From: an uncultured Planctomycetaceae bacterium
GTDB taxonomy: Bacteria > Planctomycetota > Planctomycetia > Pirellulales > PALSA-1355
DNA length: 64,000 nucleotides
Assembly: GCA_963785305.1 (NCBI GenBank)
Contig: CAWAUV010000009.1
Coordinates: 352,001 to 416,000, forward strand
Reading direction: 5' to 3'
The position numbers were made by a program, and so were the translations under genes. The notes beneath the pieces are model-generated. The model was not told the DNA's origin. It worked only from the letters and a program-made list of their open reading frames with translations, and ran no database searches. Below are positions 36,301 through 48,111 of this stretch, piece after piece. The stretch's first letter is position 1. Each line of letters begins with the position of its first letter.

Positions 36301-39300
36301 GATGATCTGACCGGTTCCGGCTACGGAGGTATCGTCTCGTCGGAAGTCGGGATCGACATCCCGCCGCCAAGCATTTCTGTTACGAGCGGTGTTTCCGGCA
36401 GTTATGGCGGCGAAGTCGATCCGGGCATCTTCCTCGACGATCTCACCGGCGATGAATTGGAATTGACTTTGCAGGTTACTGGAAACGAAGGGGGCTCGTT
36501 GTGGTCACCCCTCACGGGCCAAGGCGGCACGACTTTGGTGCTTCAAGACACGGCGTCGAACCTCAACAACGATCTGCAAAATCTCGAATACAGCTACGGT
36601 GATCCGGACGGCGGAACCGACACGATTTTGATTTCCGTCACCGATCTAACGACGGGCGCGAGCGGCAGTGCGATCCAGTACATCTCCGATCCGGCTTCGC
36701 AACCTTACCTGAGTATCGACGGAAGCAATCCCGACGTCGAGCAAGATCAGACAGCGAGTGTCCAGCTCTATGTGAGCGACTCGATTCCGCAAATGGATAA
36801 TTTCAATTTTACGGTTTCCTCGGATTCGCCCGACGTCACGGGCGCGGGCGTTTCTTACTCCGGCGGCAATGATACCGCGACATTTACTTGGACTCCCGGA
36901 ACTCAGAACTCGGGAAATTACACGTTCACGATATCCGTATCGGACGGATTCAGCACGGCGAGCATGCAGCTCGAAATCGGCGTGATCGACGAGACGCCCG
37001 TCTTCGAGCCCATTTCAGACCAATCGGTCACGGATGGGAGCGCGCTCTCATTCGACGCCCAAGCGAACTGCCCCGATAGTTCGATTGGCGTCAACTACAG
37101 CGTGGATACGTCGATTCCCGGCGTTTACATCGATCCCAACAGCGGCCAGATGTGGATCGGGACCAACAATCTGGCGACCGGCAGTTACCCGGTTACCGTC
37201 ATGGCGACCAACACGCTCGGCGAAAGCGCCGCCGAAACGTTCAATGTCGATGTCACGAACAACGCGACGAATCCGGCCACGTTGAATACACAGTCCAATC
37301 AATCGACGCCCACCATCGCCAGCGACGCGCTTGGAGACTATATCGCGGCTTGGTACGGCGTCGACTCGCAAACCGGCGCGGCCGGCATTTATGGCCAAGC
37401 CTTCTCGCCCTCCGGCGTCGCCGAGGGAGGCAACTTCTTGATCGCCCAAACCGCGGGCGGCTATGGCGGCGCGCCCTCGATCGCCATGAACGGCGCCGGA
37501 GAGTTCGTGGTCTCCTGGTGGGATAACGATTCCGTTTACGCGGAACAGTTCGCCGCGTATAGCGGCGCGGCCGGCGGTCCCACTTCCACCAGCGCGGTTC
37601 AGCAAGTCAATCCTTCCGGAACGGCGGCCTCGGAGCCCTCGGTAGCTATTGGATCGGACGGGGCCTATGTCATTGCGTGGTATGGCGATGATACATCGGG
37701 CAACGATGGCGTTTACGCCGAGCAGTTCTCATCCAGCGGCGCCGCGAGCGGCAGCGTCGTGCAAGTCGTCGGCTTCGGCGCATCACAACCGTCGGTCGTC
37801 ATGGACGCCAACGACAACTTCCTGGTCGCCTGGAACTGGTCCGGCTCGGCCTATGCGATGGAGTTCGCCGCCGATGGCTCCGTGCTGCAAACCGCTTTCG
37901 AAGTCGCCGGCTCTGAAAGCGTGGCCGCGCTGGCCGCCGGCATGGGTCCCAATGGCCAGTTCGCGATCGCCTGGAGCACGGGCGACAACGGCGGCTCGGT
38001 CGAAGCCGTGAACTACACAGCGGCTTGCCAGGCGGTCGAGAATACACCGATCATCGTCGATAGCAATCAGCCCGGCGACGACAACACCTCGCAGCCGCTG
38101 GGCGTCGCCATCGATGGCTCCGGCTATTTCATGGTCACCTGGTACGATGGCATTTCGGGCGGTTCCTACCCGCTCGGCACGGAAGACGCCATCTACAGCC
38201 CCAGCGGCGCCGTGGCCCAAAGCGCCCAGTGGCTCGACGCGATCAACCCCAACCAGTTGGTGACCGACAGCGCCGATTACTGGTTCAATTACCAGGACTC
38301 CGGCGGCGCCGCCGTCTCGACGGGCGACTCCGGCGCCTTCGACGCCGCCTGGGCCCACCCCGCCTGGGACGGCAACTCCAACGCCATCTACACCCAGCCC
38401 GAGTCGGTCGTCGAACCGTTGCAGCTAACAACGCCTGGTCAGCCGCTCGCCCCGGTCACAATCGCAGCCGGCGCCGCGGCCACGACGCTCGACGTCAGCG
38501 GCGACTTCACCGAAAACGGTAATTCGGATCCGCTGGTCTACAGCGTCTCTGCCAATGACAACAGTTCCGTGGTCACGGCCAGCTTCACCGGCTCCGTTCT
38601 GTCGCTTCAGCGCTCCGGAAGCTTCGACAGGCACGGCCAACCTCGTGGTTCGAGCCACGGACACTATTACAGGGAACTTCGTCGAAGCGCCGATGACAGT
38701 CGCGGCGCTTTTGCCACCGCCGGTGCTGGCGCCCATCTCGGATCAGTCGGTTGCTGAAGGGGGCACGCTCACGCTGACAGCCTCCGCCACCGATGCGGCG
38801 ATTCCTTCGCCCACGTTGGCATACAGCCTTGCCGCCACGAATCCCGATGGCTCGTCCCCGCCCGTCGGAGCCACGATCGATTCCGCCACCGGCGCTTTCA
38901 CATGGACGCCATCGAATATCGTCGCCGGCACGTACTCCTTTACCGTTGTCGTCAGCGATAATGGATCACCTGCCCAAACGGATAGCCAGACTTTTCAAGT
39001 CGAATTGGATAGCACGCCGATCGTGATCAACACTGTCGGCGATCAGGCGGTGGAAGCCGGTTCGCCCCTGAGCGTGCAAATCACCGCCGTGGACCCGGGA
39101 TTCCCGGCGTCGCCGTTGACTTTCTCGCTCGTCGACGCTCCGAACGGCGCCGCGATCACTTCGGGCGGCCTGTTTTCTTGGACGCCCAGCGCCTCGGGAA
39201 ATCCAGGTGTTTATCCGGTCACGGTTCAGGTAAACAGCACTGGCCCGGATGGCGGAACGAACACAAGCACTTTCATGGTATCCGTGGGCAAGTCGGGCAT

Positions 39301-42300
39301 TAGCGAGCCGCCATCGCTCGATCCGATCTCCGCCGTGAGCATTGATGCGGGGCAGCAACTCTCCCTCACCGCCGAAGCCACCGATCCCAACCCCGGAGAG
39401 TCGGTGACCTACAGCCTGGATATCAATGGCGATTCAGCCCCAGGCGCCGCGATCGATCCGTCGACGGGGGGCATCACCTGGACTCCCACGGAGAGCGATG
39501 CCCCGGGCATATATGATATTACCGTTCGCGCGACCGACAGCGGCCCCAACCACCTCACCACATCAACCTCGTTTCAAGTCACCGTAAACGCGGTCTACAC
39601 CGCGCCCACGCTCGATGCGATAGCCGATCAAACGATTTCCGCCGGAAGCACTCTCTCCGTGCTAGCGAATGCGACGATGGGCGATGGGAGCAATGTTGTG
39701 TACAGTCTGGCGGCGGGCGCTCCGACGGGCGCGGCGATCGATCCCTCGTCCGGCATTCTGACGTGGCCCACGACCGTCTCGGACGCGCTTGGCGGCTATC
39801 CCATCACCGTTATTGCCACGAGCGCGGAAGACCCGAGCCTGTCGGCCACGCAAACCTTTAATGTCACGCTGACGGCGGCCCTGCCACCCGATGTGTTGGC
39901 GGTGTTGCCCAGCGCTAATGCCATCGCCCAAGGCGCCAGCCTCACCCTCACCGCCGATGTTCAAGGGCCGGCCGGCGGCACGATCCAAGCCGTCGACTTC
40001 TACCGAGACGCAAATGGCGACGGTGCGCTCGAAACCGGCGCGGGCGGAGACACGCTTCTCGGCGTCGGCACGCTCAATTCCGATGGAACCTATTCCATCG
40101 CCGTTTCAACCGACTCGTTCACCCTCGGAACGCAGACCTTCTTCGTGCAGGCACTCGACGGCAACGGAGCCTCCGGCGATCTTGGTATCGCCTACGTCGA
40201 AGTCACCGGGGGCAATGGCACAGAAAATCCCGCGCCGATCGTCTCGGGCGTTAGCGCGGCGTATAGCATTAATCAAGACCAGAACCTCGAATTCGATGTT
40301 CAAGCATCCGACCCCGATCCTTCCGCCACGCTCACTTACAGCCTCGATCCCGGCGCGCCGGCCGGCGCTACCATCTCTAGTTCCGGCGTTCTGACCTGGA
40401 ACGTGTCGTCGTCGCAAGCCGCCGGCGAATATCCGATCGCCATTCGCGTCAACGACAACGGCAGCCCGGTCACCAGCGAGGTCGTGAGCACGATCGTCAC
40501 GGTGCTCGCGTTCGATCAACCGCCCACACTCGATCCGATCGACGCGCAAACCGTCGACGAATACGGCACGCTCAGTGTCAATCTCTCGGGCGAGAATAAC
40601 GACACGGCGCAAGACAACCTTTCTTATGGAATCGTGAGCGCCCCCGCCGGCGCCTTTATCGACTCCACCTCCGGCGCGTTCACTTGGACCACCGACGCCG
40701 ACAACGCCGGCCAAAGCTACACCGCCACCGTATCGGTGACCGATCTGGCCAATGGTCTCACCACGGACCAAACCTTCACAATCGCTGTCGGAATCGACCC
40801 CGTGGCGCCGACGCTGGCCCAGATTGCCGACCAAACCGCCACGCCCGGTAATGTGCTCGCGTTCACCGCCGTGGCCACAGACGAGGCGATCGCGGCGCCG
40901 CTTACCTACAGCCTCGCCAATCTTCCGGCGGCGATGGCGTCGGCCAGCATCGATCCCAACACCGGGGCATTTACCTGGACTCCCCAGGATTCCGACGCCG
41001 GCGAAGACTACGTCTTCACCGTGGAAGTCACGAACGCCCAGGGCGAGAGCGACACGCAAAACGTGAATGTCGCGATTTCGACAGTGGCGCTCGCGCCGGT
41101 GCTCGATTCCATTCCCAACCAGACGGTTAATCCTTCGACCGAGGTTCAATTCACCGCCTCGGCCACCGATCCGAGCTCGCCCGGCGGCGCTATCGAATAT
41201 GGCCTCGCGCCGGCGGGGGGCGATGCCAACATTCCGGCGGCGCTCGACACCGCGACGATCGATCCGACGACGGGCGCTTTTTCTTGGACGCCCAGCGTGA
41301 CCGACCTAGGGCAGAGCTATCAGGTCGTGGTCGTCGCCACCAACGACGCCGGATTGACCGCTTCGCAGGTCGTCACCATCAACGTCGTCGACGATAGCGC
41401 CGTGACGCTCGACCCCATCGCCGATCAATCGCTCGTCGAGGGGCAAACGATCGGCTTCTATTTTTACGGTCACGACGATTACACCCCTTTCAGCACTCTG
41501 TCCTACACGCTTACCGGCAGTCCCGACAATCCGGACGGCGGCTACTCGTTGCCAAGCCTCGACTCGGCGTCCGGCCTTCTTACATTCTCGCCTCCCGAGG
41601 CGGGCGCCTATTCCTTCACGCTCACGGCCTCGAATGGCGTGAATTCCGCGTCGCAAACGTTCAATATCACCGTCGCCCCCCAACCCACTCTGAACTATGA
41701 TCCCGTTTCGCCGAATGTCTCGCTCAGCATATCAGACCAATACACCGATCCGAGCTCGGGCCTTGCCGCCGTCGATTTGCCGATCAACGACCAGTGGTCG
41801 CAGCAGCTTACCGTCGATGGCGCCGACATCGCCGACAATCAACCCGACGCTTCCGGGCATGTCGAGTATTCGGCCCAGGACCCGCATTTCCGGTCGGCCA
41901 CGTTCACGGTGAGCTATGCCGATGGCCGGGAGCTCGACGGGGTTTGGTATCTGAATTTCAATCCCGACGTGATTCGTGTTTTCGATTCGTCGGGCGCCGA
42001 GATCGCGCCCGATCAGCTCTTCGAGGTCTCGGGCGAGACATCGCTCGAGGAGGATTTCGAGGTCGAGGCGATCGCTCCGGGCGCGATGTACGATCCGCCG
42101 ATGCTGACCGCGACCTATGAGAATCCCGCCGACGAAGGCTACGGCGGTTCGGCGTCGCTCGAGGCCGAGCCGGTGGGCGTCGATCTCACGTTGGCCGGGC
42201 TCGACCATATCACGAGCGAAACCTCCGGCGCGATGCTTCCGGTCGACGCGGGTTACGACCAAGGCTTCGTCGACGCCAGCGGCGACCCGGTGGCCGACAA

Positions 42301-45280
42301 TTCGCCCGACGCGCCCGCGAATCTCCAGAATATCGGTGCGCCGGAGCTGATCGACGCGGTGATGCAGTTTTACGGGATCGGCGACGAAACGGCCGACTGG
42401 ACACTCGACTATCCCGACGAGCTGCGCGTGTATAATAGCTCCGGCGACTACCTTGCCCCCGGCACGCAAATGCAAGTCGACGACTTCAATCAGGTCCCGC
42501 TGATCGTGCAAGTCGTGCAGCCGATCTCCGGGCCCGACGACCAGATCACGGCCACCGCCACGGTCGACGACCCGGCGGAGACCGAGGTCTCGGACGAAGC
42601 CGAGGTGGCGTCGGCGAGCGTCAGCCTGACCGTGGGCGGCATGTCGGCCCAGCAAGCGGCGACGACTGGCGGCGTGATTCAGTTGAATGATAATTACGAT
42701 GGTGGCTTCACGTATTCGAACGGGAGTCCCAAGCCCGACGATGTGGCGTCGCCGCCAGCGGCCACCGATCCGCAACTGGTTCCGGCCACGGTGACGATCA
42801 CCGGCGCGCGGGCGCCGCCGGCGTTTGGTATGTGCATCAGAACGTGGGCGATGGCGCGGGCCGTGAAGTGCGGGTCTGGATCGCGAATTCCAACGGCACG
42901 CTCACGGCCGCCCCGACCGGAACCGATGCCCAAAACGGAATCCCCACCGCCCAAATCACCTTGCCGGCCTCGGGAACGATGACGATCAATCTCTATATCG
43001 AAGGCGTGCGCGAAGGGTCGGTGAACGGGGCCACGTTGACCGCCGGCTTCATGCCCGCCAACGCCGCGACGCCCCGTGTGCTGAGCAGCCCGGTGAAGCT
43101 CACCGTGGCCGCGGCGACGCTTTCCATCAACGGACTCGACAAGTATGATTCCGAGAAGACCGGCGCCTTCGTCGGCGTCGACAACGCGTTCACCAAGGGC
43201 TTGACCCAAAACGGCGCCGCCGCGCCGAACTATACCAGCCCCACGACCTTCGATTCAAACGGCTGGCAAACCGACCTGATGCCGGCCACGTTCACCGCCC
43301 AAACGACCGATGGCGGCGTGGCCGGCACGGTGCAGTTTACCTATTCCACGTCGCTGATCGGCCTGTGGCTGGTTCCGAGCGATGGAAGCGCGCCGACCTT
43401 GATCCAGCCCGGCGAAGATGTGACGATGCCCTCATCCGGCCTATTGAACCTCTTGATCGAGGGCCTAACAAGCTCCACGACGCCGCTGGCCGACATGATC
43501 ACCGCCACATATACCGAGGCCACGAGCCAGCCGATCTTGGGCAGCCTGGGCGATTGGTCGCGTTACACGGTGGTCAATGTGAACGCCGGCTTCGACGGCG
43601 ACCGCTCCGGCACGATCAATCCGAACGCCCCGCAAGATCAAGCGCTCACGTTCTGGTACGCCCAGCAATTGTCGAACGCCGCCGACCCAAGCTCGGTCTT
43701 GCAGGACTACGCGCCGCTCGATCTGTCGTTCAATAGCGCGGTGGCAAACTTGGCGAGCGGTCCGAACGCGCCGATTGACGTGTTCTCCGATCTAGCGTTG
43801 ACTTCGATTCAGGGGTCCACGCCGCTGTTCGAGGCTGTGCCCCGCGTGCAATCGACGGGCGCCGAGGACTATTTGAGCAATTCGGTCATGTATGCCAGCC
43901 AAGGACAATTGCTGCAATACTCGATCGCCAATCCATACCAGCATCTCATCGTGGCCGATGGCCTTGGGGCGGGAGGAATTCCCAGCGGCATGTTCCTCAA
44001 CACCAATGACGAGCAGTTGATCTTCGCGGCGGAGGGCAACGGAATATCGATTTCGAAGTTGTCGTTCGACGTCGACATTTGGGTCGGAGGCACGATGTTT
44101 CAACTCCACAAATCGCTCACGTTGTATCTGGCGCCCATCACGTCGTTTTTCGACACCTTCAGCGTGTCGACCTCGGCCGGCGTAAACGCCAACAATCCGA
44201 TCGCGACGCCGGCCACACAGCCGAACATGGCGTCGTTCCCGGGCGTCGCCCTGGGCGCGATGTCGCAAGTTACCACATTTCCGGGAGTTTCCGGTAACCA
44301 GTACACGCTCTATGTGCATGGAACCAACATGACGGTCCCCGATCAGATTAGTCAAGCCACGGCGATGTACGAGCGGCTGTATTGGCAAGGTTATACAGGC
44401 CGATTCGGGCTGTTCTCCTGGCCGAATAATGTCTTGTCATATACGGATAATACGTACAACGCGAGCGATTATTCCGCGTATCTGTCGGGCGCTTCGCTCG
44501 TGACGGCGCTCGAATACATCTGGCGCTTCGCTCAACAACGGCATCTACTCCGGCCATGTGACGGTCTATGCCCACAGCATGGGCAATGAGGTGGTGGGCG
44601 AGGCGTTCCGGGAATATGTGCAAGCCAATCCTGGCGGATCGCCTCTGGTCGAAACATACATCGCGAGCCAAGCGGCGGTGTCGGCCGATGCTTACGGCGA
44701 TCCGAGCACCACCGAGGGCTTTATTCAAGATGGACCGTTCCTGTTTCAGCACTGGCCCGACGGGCTCGCGAACCAGCCCGGTTACTATGCCGGCAACGGC
44801 CCGGCGGCCTCGAACTGGGTGAATTTCTATAATCCGGTGGATTATGCGTTGTCGGCGTGGTCCTGGAACAATTACCTGAACAAACCGCAAAAACTGGATT
44901 CCTCGGTCTGGGAATACGATTACGCCGCGATTCCCGACGCGAATATGCCGTCAGGATACGATTACGTGCGCTATGTCACGACGTGGGTGTTTATTCAAAT
45001 CAACGGAGTGCCCATTCCGGTGCCCCTTGTCGACAATGTTGGCGCCGTCACCAATCCGTTCGAAATCCTGGCGTTCGTGTCGCAAAGCCACGCGGGGCCC
45101 GTGGGAGCGCAATATATGACATCAATCCCCGGCGGCGTTAAGTGGAACGAAAATTTCGATTTGAATGACAAACCATATTATGTTGGCGACACCCGCCCTG
45201 AGCACTCGTTTCAATTTGAGTTCAGCATTGCCCGAACATGGTCGTATTGGGAAGAAGTTGACAAGCAGCTTGGGAAGTAG
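33373..45280 (+). CDS. Giant (~3,970 aa) LEPRxLL-exported Ig/cadherin stalk protein with C-terminal alpha/beta-hydrolase; putative polymorphic toxin (frameshifts near 38610, 42810, 44520)
   Basis: Four overlapping ORFs (33373..38757, 38555..42982, 42832..44589, 44558..45280) form one continuous domain series. Basic N-terminus + LESLEARQLM; Ig repeats; propeller; hydrolase motifs YVHG, AHSMG, NFYNPVDYAL, EHS. Confidence 0.8.
33510..35580 (+). repeat. Seven tandem bacterial Ig-like (group 3) domains within the giant gene
   Basis: Seven copies of YG..VTFTA.V......PTG.VDFYD..TG.DLG...LDG.G.A........GDH.I.A.YSGD.N. Confidence 0.85.
37300..38400 (+). other. Seven-repeat putative beta-propeller domain within the giant gene
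   Basis: Seven P.(I/V)A.D..G.(F/Y)...W repeats, from PTIASDALGDYIAAW to AVSTGDSGAFDAAW. Confidence 0.6.
38715..41680 (+). repeat. About nine tandem cadherin-like / putative-Ig domains
   Basis: Repeated P.L.PI.DQ.V......L.....D......L.YSL....P.GA.ID..TG.FTWTP. Confidence 0.8.
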
Positions 45281-45304
45281 TGGTCGACGTTCAGGAGATA
45301 TTAA

Positions 45305-46500
45305 ATGCGGTACAACGACAGCGCGAAGCCGGTACTGCTCGTCGCGTTGATCGCGATTGCGGTGGGCGCTCCGCTCGGGTGTAGTCAAACACCCGATGAA
45401 GCCGCACAGTTTCTCGCGGCATATGGCAGCAAAGTCACAAAGAACCCAGACGGCACGTGGGATGTACAGGTCAAGGAATTCTTCAATGCCGAAGGACCGG
45501 AATCGCTATTCATGCGGCGGGCCGGCATCCAAGCCCCGATTCGGTCATCTCCGCGCTTAACCAGCTAAAGCATATCCGTAAATTGACGGGCGATGTTCGT
45601 CTCATGAATGCCACGCAGTTTAAACAGTTGACTTGTTTATATGATATTATTGAAATCGATATGAGCAGTGCTGGACTCGACAGTTCCGTGTTACCGCAGC
45701 TTGAAACAATGCGCCATGTCGAAGTCCTCAAAGTTGGACATCCCGCAAACGATCAGTGGCTTAGAGTAATATCGAAACTTAAAAACATCAAATCTCTTTC
45801 GATCAACGGAAAGGACATCACTCCGCATGGCGTTGCCGCGTTGCAAGAACTTATATGCCTCGAAAGCCTTACTATAGGCGCGGATGACCAAACTATCGTT
45901 GGATTGCCTATAATGCCTCAGCTGCGAACGATCGTAATCCGAGGCTGGGTCACGGACAAATGTCTTCCACCGCTCGCACGTCAGCCGGAGTTGCGCACGC
46001 TTGGCCTGATGAACACCAAGGTTCGGCTTGCGCAGAGCGATCTGCTGTCGGGCATTGCGAAACTTGAATCATTAGATCTAAATCAAGTCCACATCGATGA
46101 CTCCGCCATGCCGGCGATCGTAGCATGCCGCGGGCTACAGGATCTTAATTTGCGATCGACAAAAGTAACCGACGCGGCGATCAAGCAACTCCATCGCCTG
46201 CCCGCATTGCGGCGATTGAATCTTGAATGCATTCGTTTGTCCGACACTGGCGAAGCGCTTCACGAACTCGCGAAATGCCCGCTCCTCGAGGAACTGGTAA
46301 TCGATTATTTACGCGACGAGGACCTCAATGAGTTCACTCGGTTTCCGAAACTTCACGTATTAACATACACTAGCAAGCCCGGGACGAAAGTTGCCATCCA
46401 GAAACTCCACGACGATTGCCCGCATTTGGCGATCCACACGGGGCTGAATCTTCAACCGTTCGATCTGCCTCCCAAGGAACCCGATCCCCCGGAACCCTGA
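45305..46500 (+). CDS. Leucine-rich-repeat protein 1, putative lipoprotein; cognate immunity candidate (frameshift near 45530)
   Basis: Starts 25 bp after the giant gene stop; LLVALIAIAVGAPLGC signal/lipobox-like; LxxLxLxxTxVTD repeats; AT-richer than the flanking core genes. Confidence 0.8.
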
Positions 46501-46522
46501 TGCTGTCACTTTCGGCGCCGAT

Positions 46523-46798
46523 GGCACGCTCACGGCCGCTCCGACCGGAACGCCAATCAACCCGACGCTTCCGGGCATGTCGAGTACTCGGCCCAGGACC
46601 CGCATTTCCGGTCGGCCACGTTCACGGTGAGCTATGCCGATGGCCGCGAGCTGGACGGGGTGTGGTATTTGAATTTCAATCCCGACGTGATTCGTGTTTT
46701 CGATTCGTCGGGCGCCGAGATCGCGCCCAATCAGCTCTTCGAGGTCTCGGGCGAGACATCGCTCGGGCACGATCAATCCGAACGCCCCGCAAGATCAA
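46523..46798 (+). repeat. Mosaic of three fragments copied from the giant gene
   Basis: 46523-46551 matches 42895-42923; 46554-46765 matches 41836-42047 (212 bp, a few substitutions); 46766-46798 equals 43609-43641. Confidence 0.9.
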
Positions 46799-46843
46799 CT
46801 CGCCCAGTGATTGTTTTTTCCAATCGATATTGAAAGGCGTAGT

Positions 46844-48007
46844 ATGTCGTTATCACGTGCGGTTCGTCTAGGCTTGGCTGCTATGCTAACCGTCATAACG
46901 TTGTACTGCTTCAGGCATGTGTTCCGGACGCCGCAAGGAGCACAGGCTTGGCTCAACAAATACGGTGGCATCGTAAAAGAGCGAGCCGATGGCGCCTATG
47001 ATGTGGATTTCCAGGTTGCCTACGTCTGGGATCTCAGCGATCCACAGGCATGGATTTTTATACCCATGGGCTGCCCGACGGCCGGAGACGTGATTTCGGC
47101 GCTCAACGACCTAAGGCGAATACACAAGTTGACTGGCAGCCTGGTTCTCGATGCGAATCAGTTCCGTAAGCTCAACTGCCTCGACGACGTCGTCGAGATT
47201 GATTTGAGTAGCCCATCGCTTGACGCCTCGAACTTCGCGCAGTTGAAACGCATGCAAAGGGTCAAGGTTATTTCTCTCGGAAACTATGCGGATGACAAAT
47301 GGCTGCTCGAACTCGCGAAACATCCGACGCTCGAATCAATCATGATGGTCCTGAAATCGGGCCAAGTTACAGACGAAGGCCTCCATGCGTTGGCGTTGCT
47401 TCCTAATCTCAAAACTCTGAGCTTGGTTACCGACGATCACGTGATCCTTGAGCTACCACCGTTGGCATTTCTGCAAACAATCAAGATCGAAGGATTTGAC
47501 GTAACCGATAAGTGTCTGAAATCATTGACCCGCCATCCAGAATTGGAAAGCGTAGTATTTTACAATACGAACGTTGACCTGACGGAAGCCGGTTCGCTGT
47601 CGAGACTCCCAAAGCTCGAGTCCCTCAATGTGGATCAAACACCCGTCAAAGATTCGGGCATCCCGGAGATCGTGGCATGTTCGGCTCTGGTCGATTTGAA
47701 TCTAAGACTCACGAAGGTCACATCCGACGGAATAAAACAACTGGCTGCGTTGCCACACCTGCGCTATTTGAATGCGACCGTCGAGGGCCCAGGTGGAAGA
47801 AGCGAGATGGTTCGAGCTTTGGCGGCGTGTCCGGCGCTCGAAGAGCTGGAGATCAACGGCTTGACTGTCGGTGATCTTAAAGAATTTAAGCATTTCCCGA
47901 AATTAAAAAAGCTCTCGATCGATGGGTTTCGTTTGACGAGAGCCGCCGTCAACGAGCTCCAGAATGATTGCCCGCAGTTATCAATCCGAACCAAGGGCCG
48001 CTTTTAG
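46844..48007 (+). CDS. Leucine-rich-repeat protein 2, N-terminally anchored; orphan immunity candidate
   Basis: GAAAGG ribosome-binding site; MSLSRAVRLGLAAMLTVITLYC; homologous to LRR1 (VISALN.L..I.KLTG, ACPALEEL, DCPQLSI); intact ORF. Confidence 0.85.
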   Translation: MSLSRAVRLGLAAMLTVITLYCFRHVFRTPQGAQAWLNKYGGIVKERADGAYDVDFQVAYVWDLSDPQAWIFIPMGCPTAGDVISALNDLRRIHKLTGSLVLDANQFRKLNCLDDVVEIDLSSPSLDASNFAQLKRMQRVKVISLGNYADDKWLLELAKHPTLESIMMVLKSGQVTDEGLHALALLPNLKTLSLVTDDHVILELPPLAFLQTIKIEGFDVTDKCLKSLTRHPELESVVFYNTNVDLTEAGSLSRLPKLESLNVDQTPVKDSGIPEIVACSALVDLNLRLTKVTSDGIKQLAALPHLRYLNATVEGPGGRSEMVRALAACPALEELEINGLTVGDLKEFKHFPKLKKLSIDGFRLTRAAVNELQNDCPQLSIRTKGRF

Positions 48008-48111
48008 CAACCGGTTCAGATAATGTCGCCCTCAACATTGTGGTGCGAGAATGACCGTCGCTTTTGGAAACTCGCGCCCCACACGAATGATATTGAAGAA
48101 GCGGCAAATAG

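Noticed and set aside
33373..45280. Classical CdiA, Rhs, MafB or T6SS effector
   Set aside because: No hemagglutinin/TPS, YD/RHS core, VENN, LXG, PAAR or VgrG motifs, and no transporter gene nearby.
33373..45280. Four separate genes or programmed frameshifting
   Set aside because: The breaks fall mid-domain without new signals or clear slippery sites, and similar breaks occur throughout the window.
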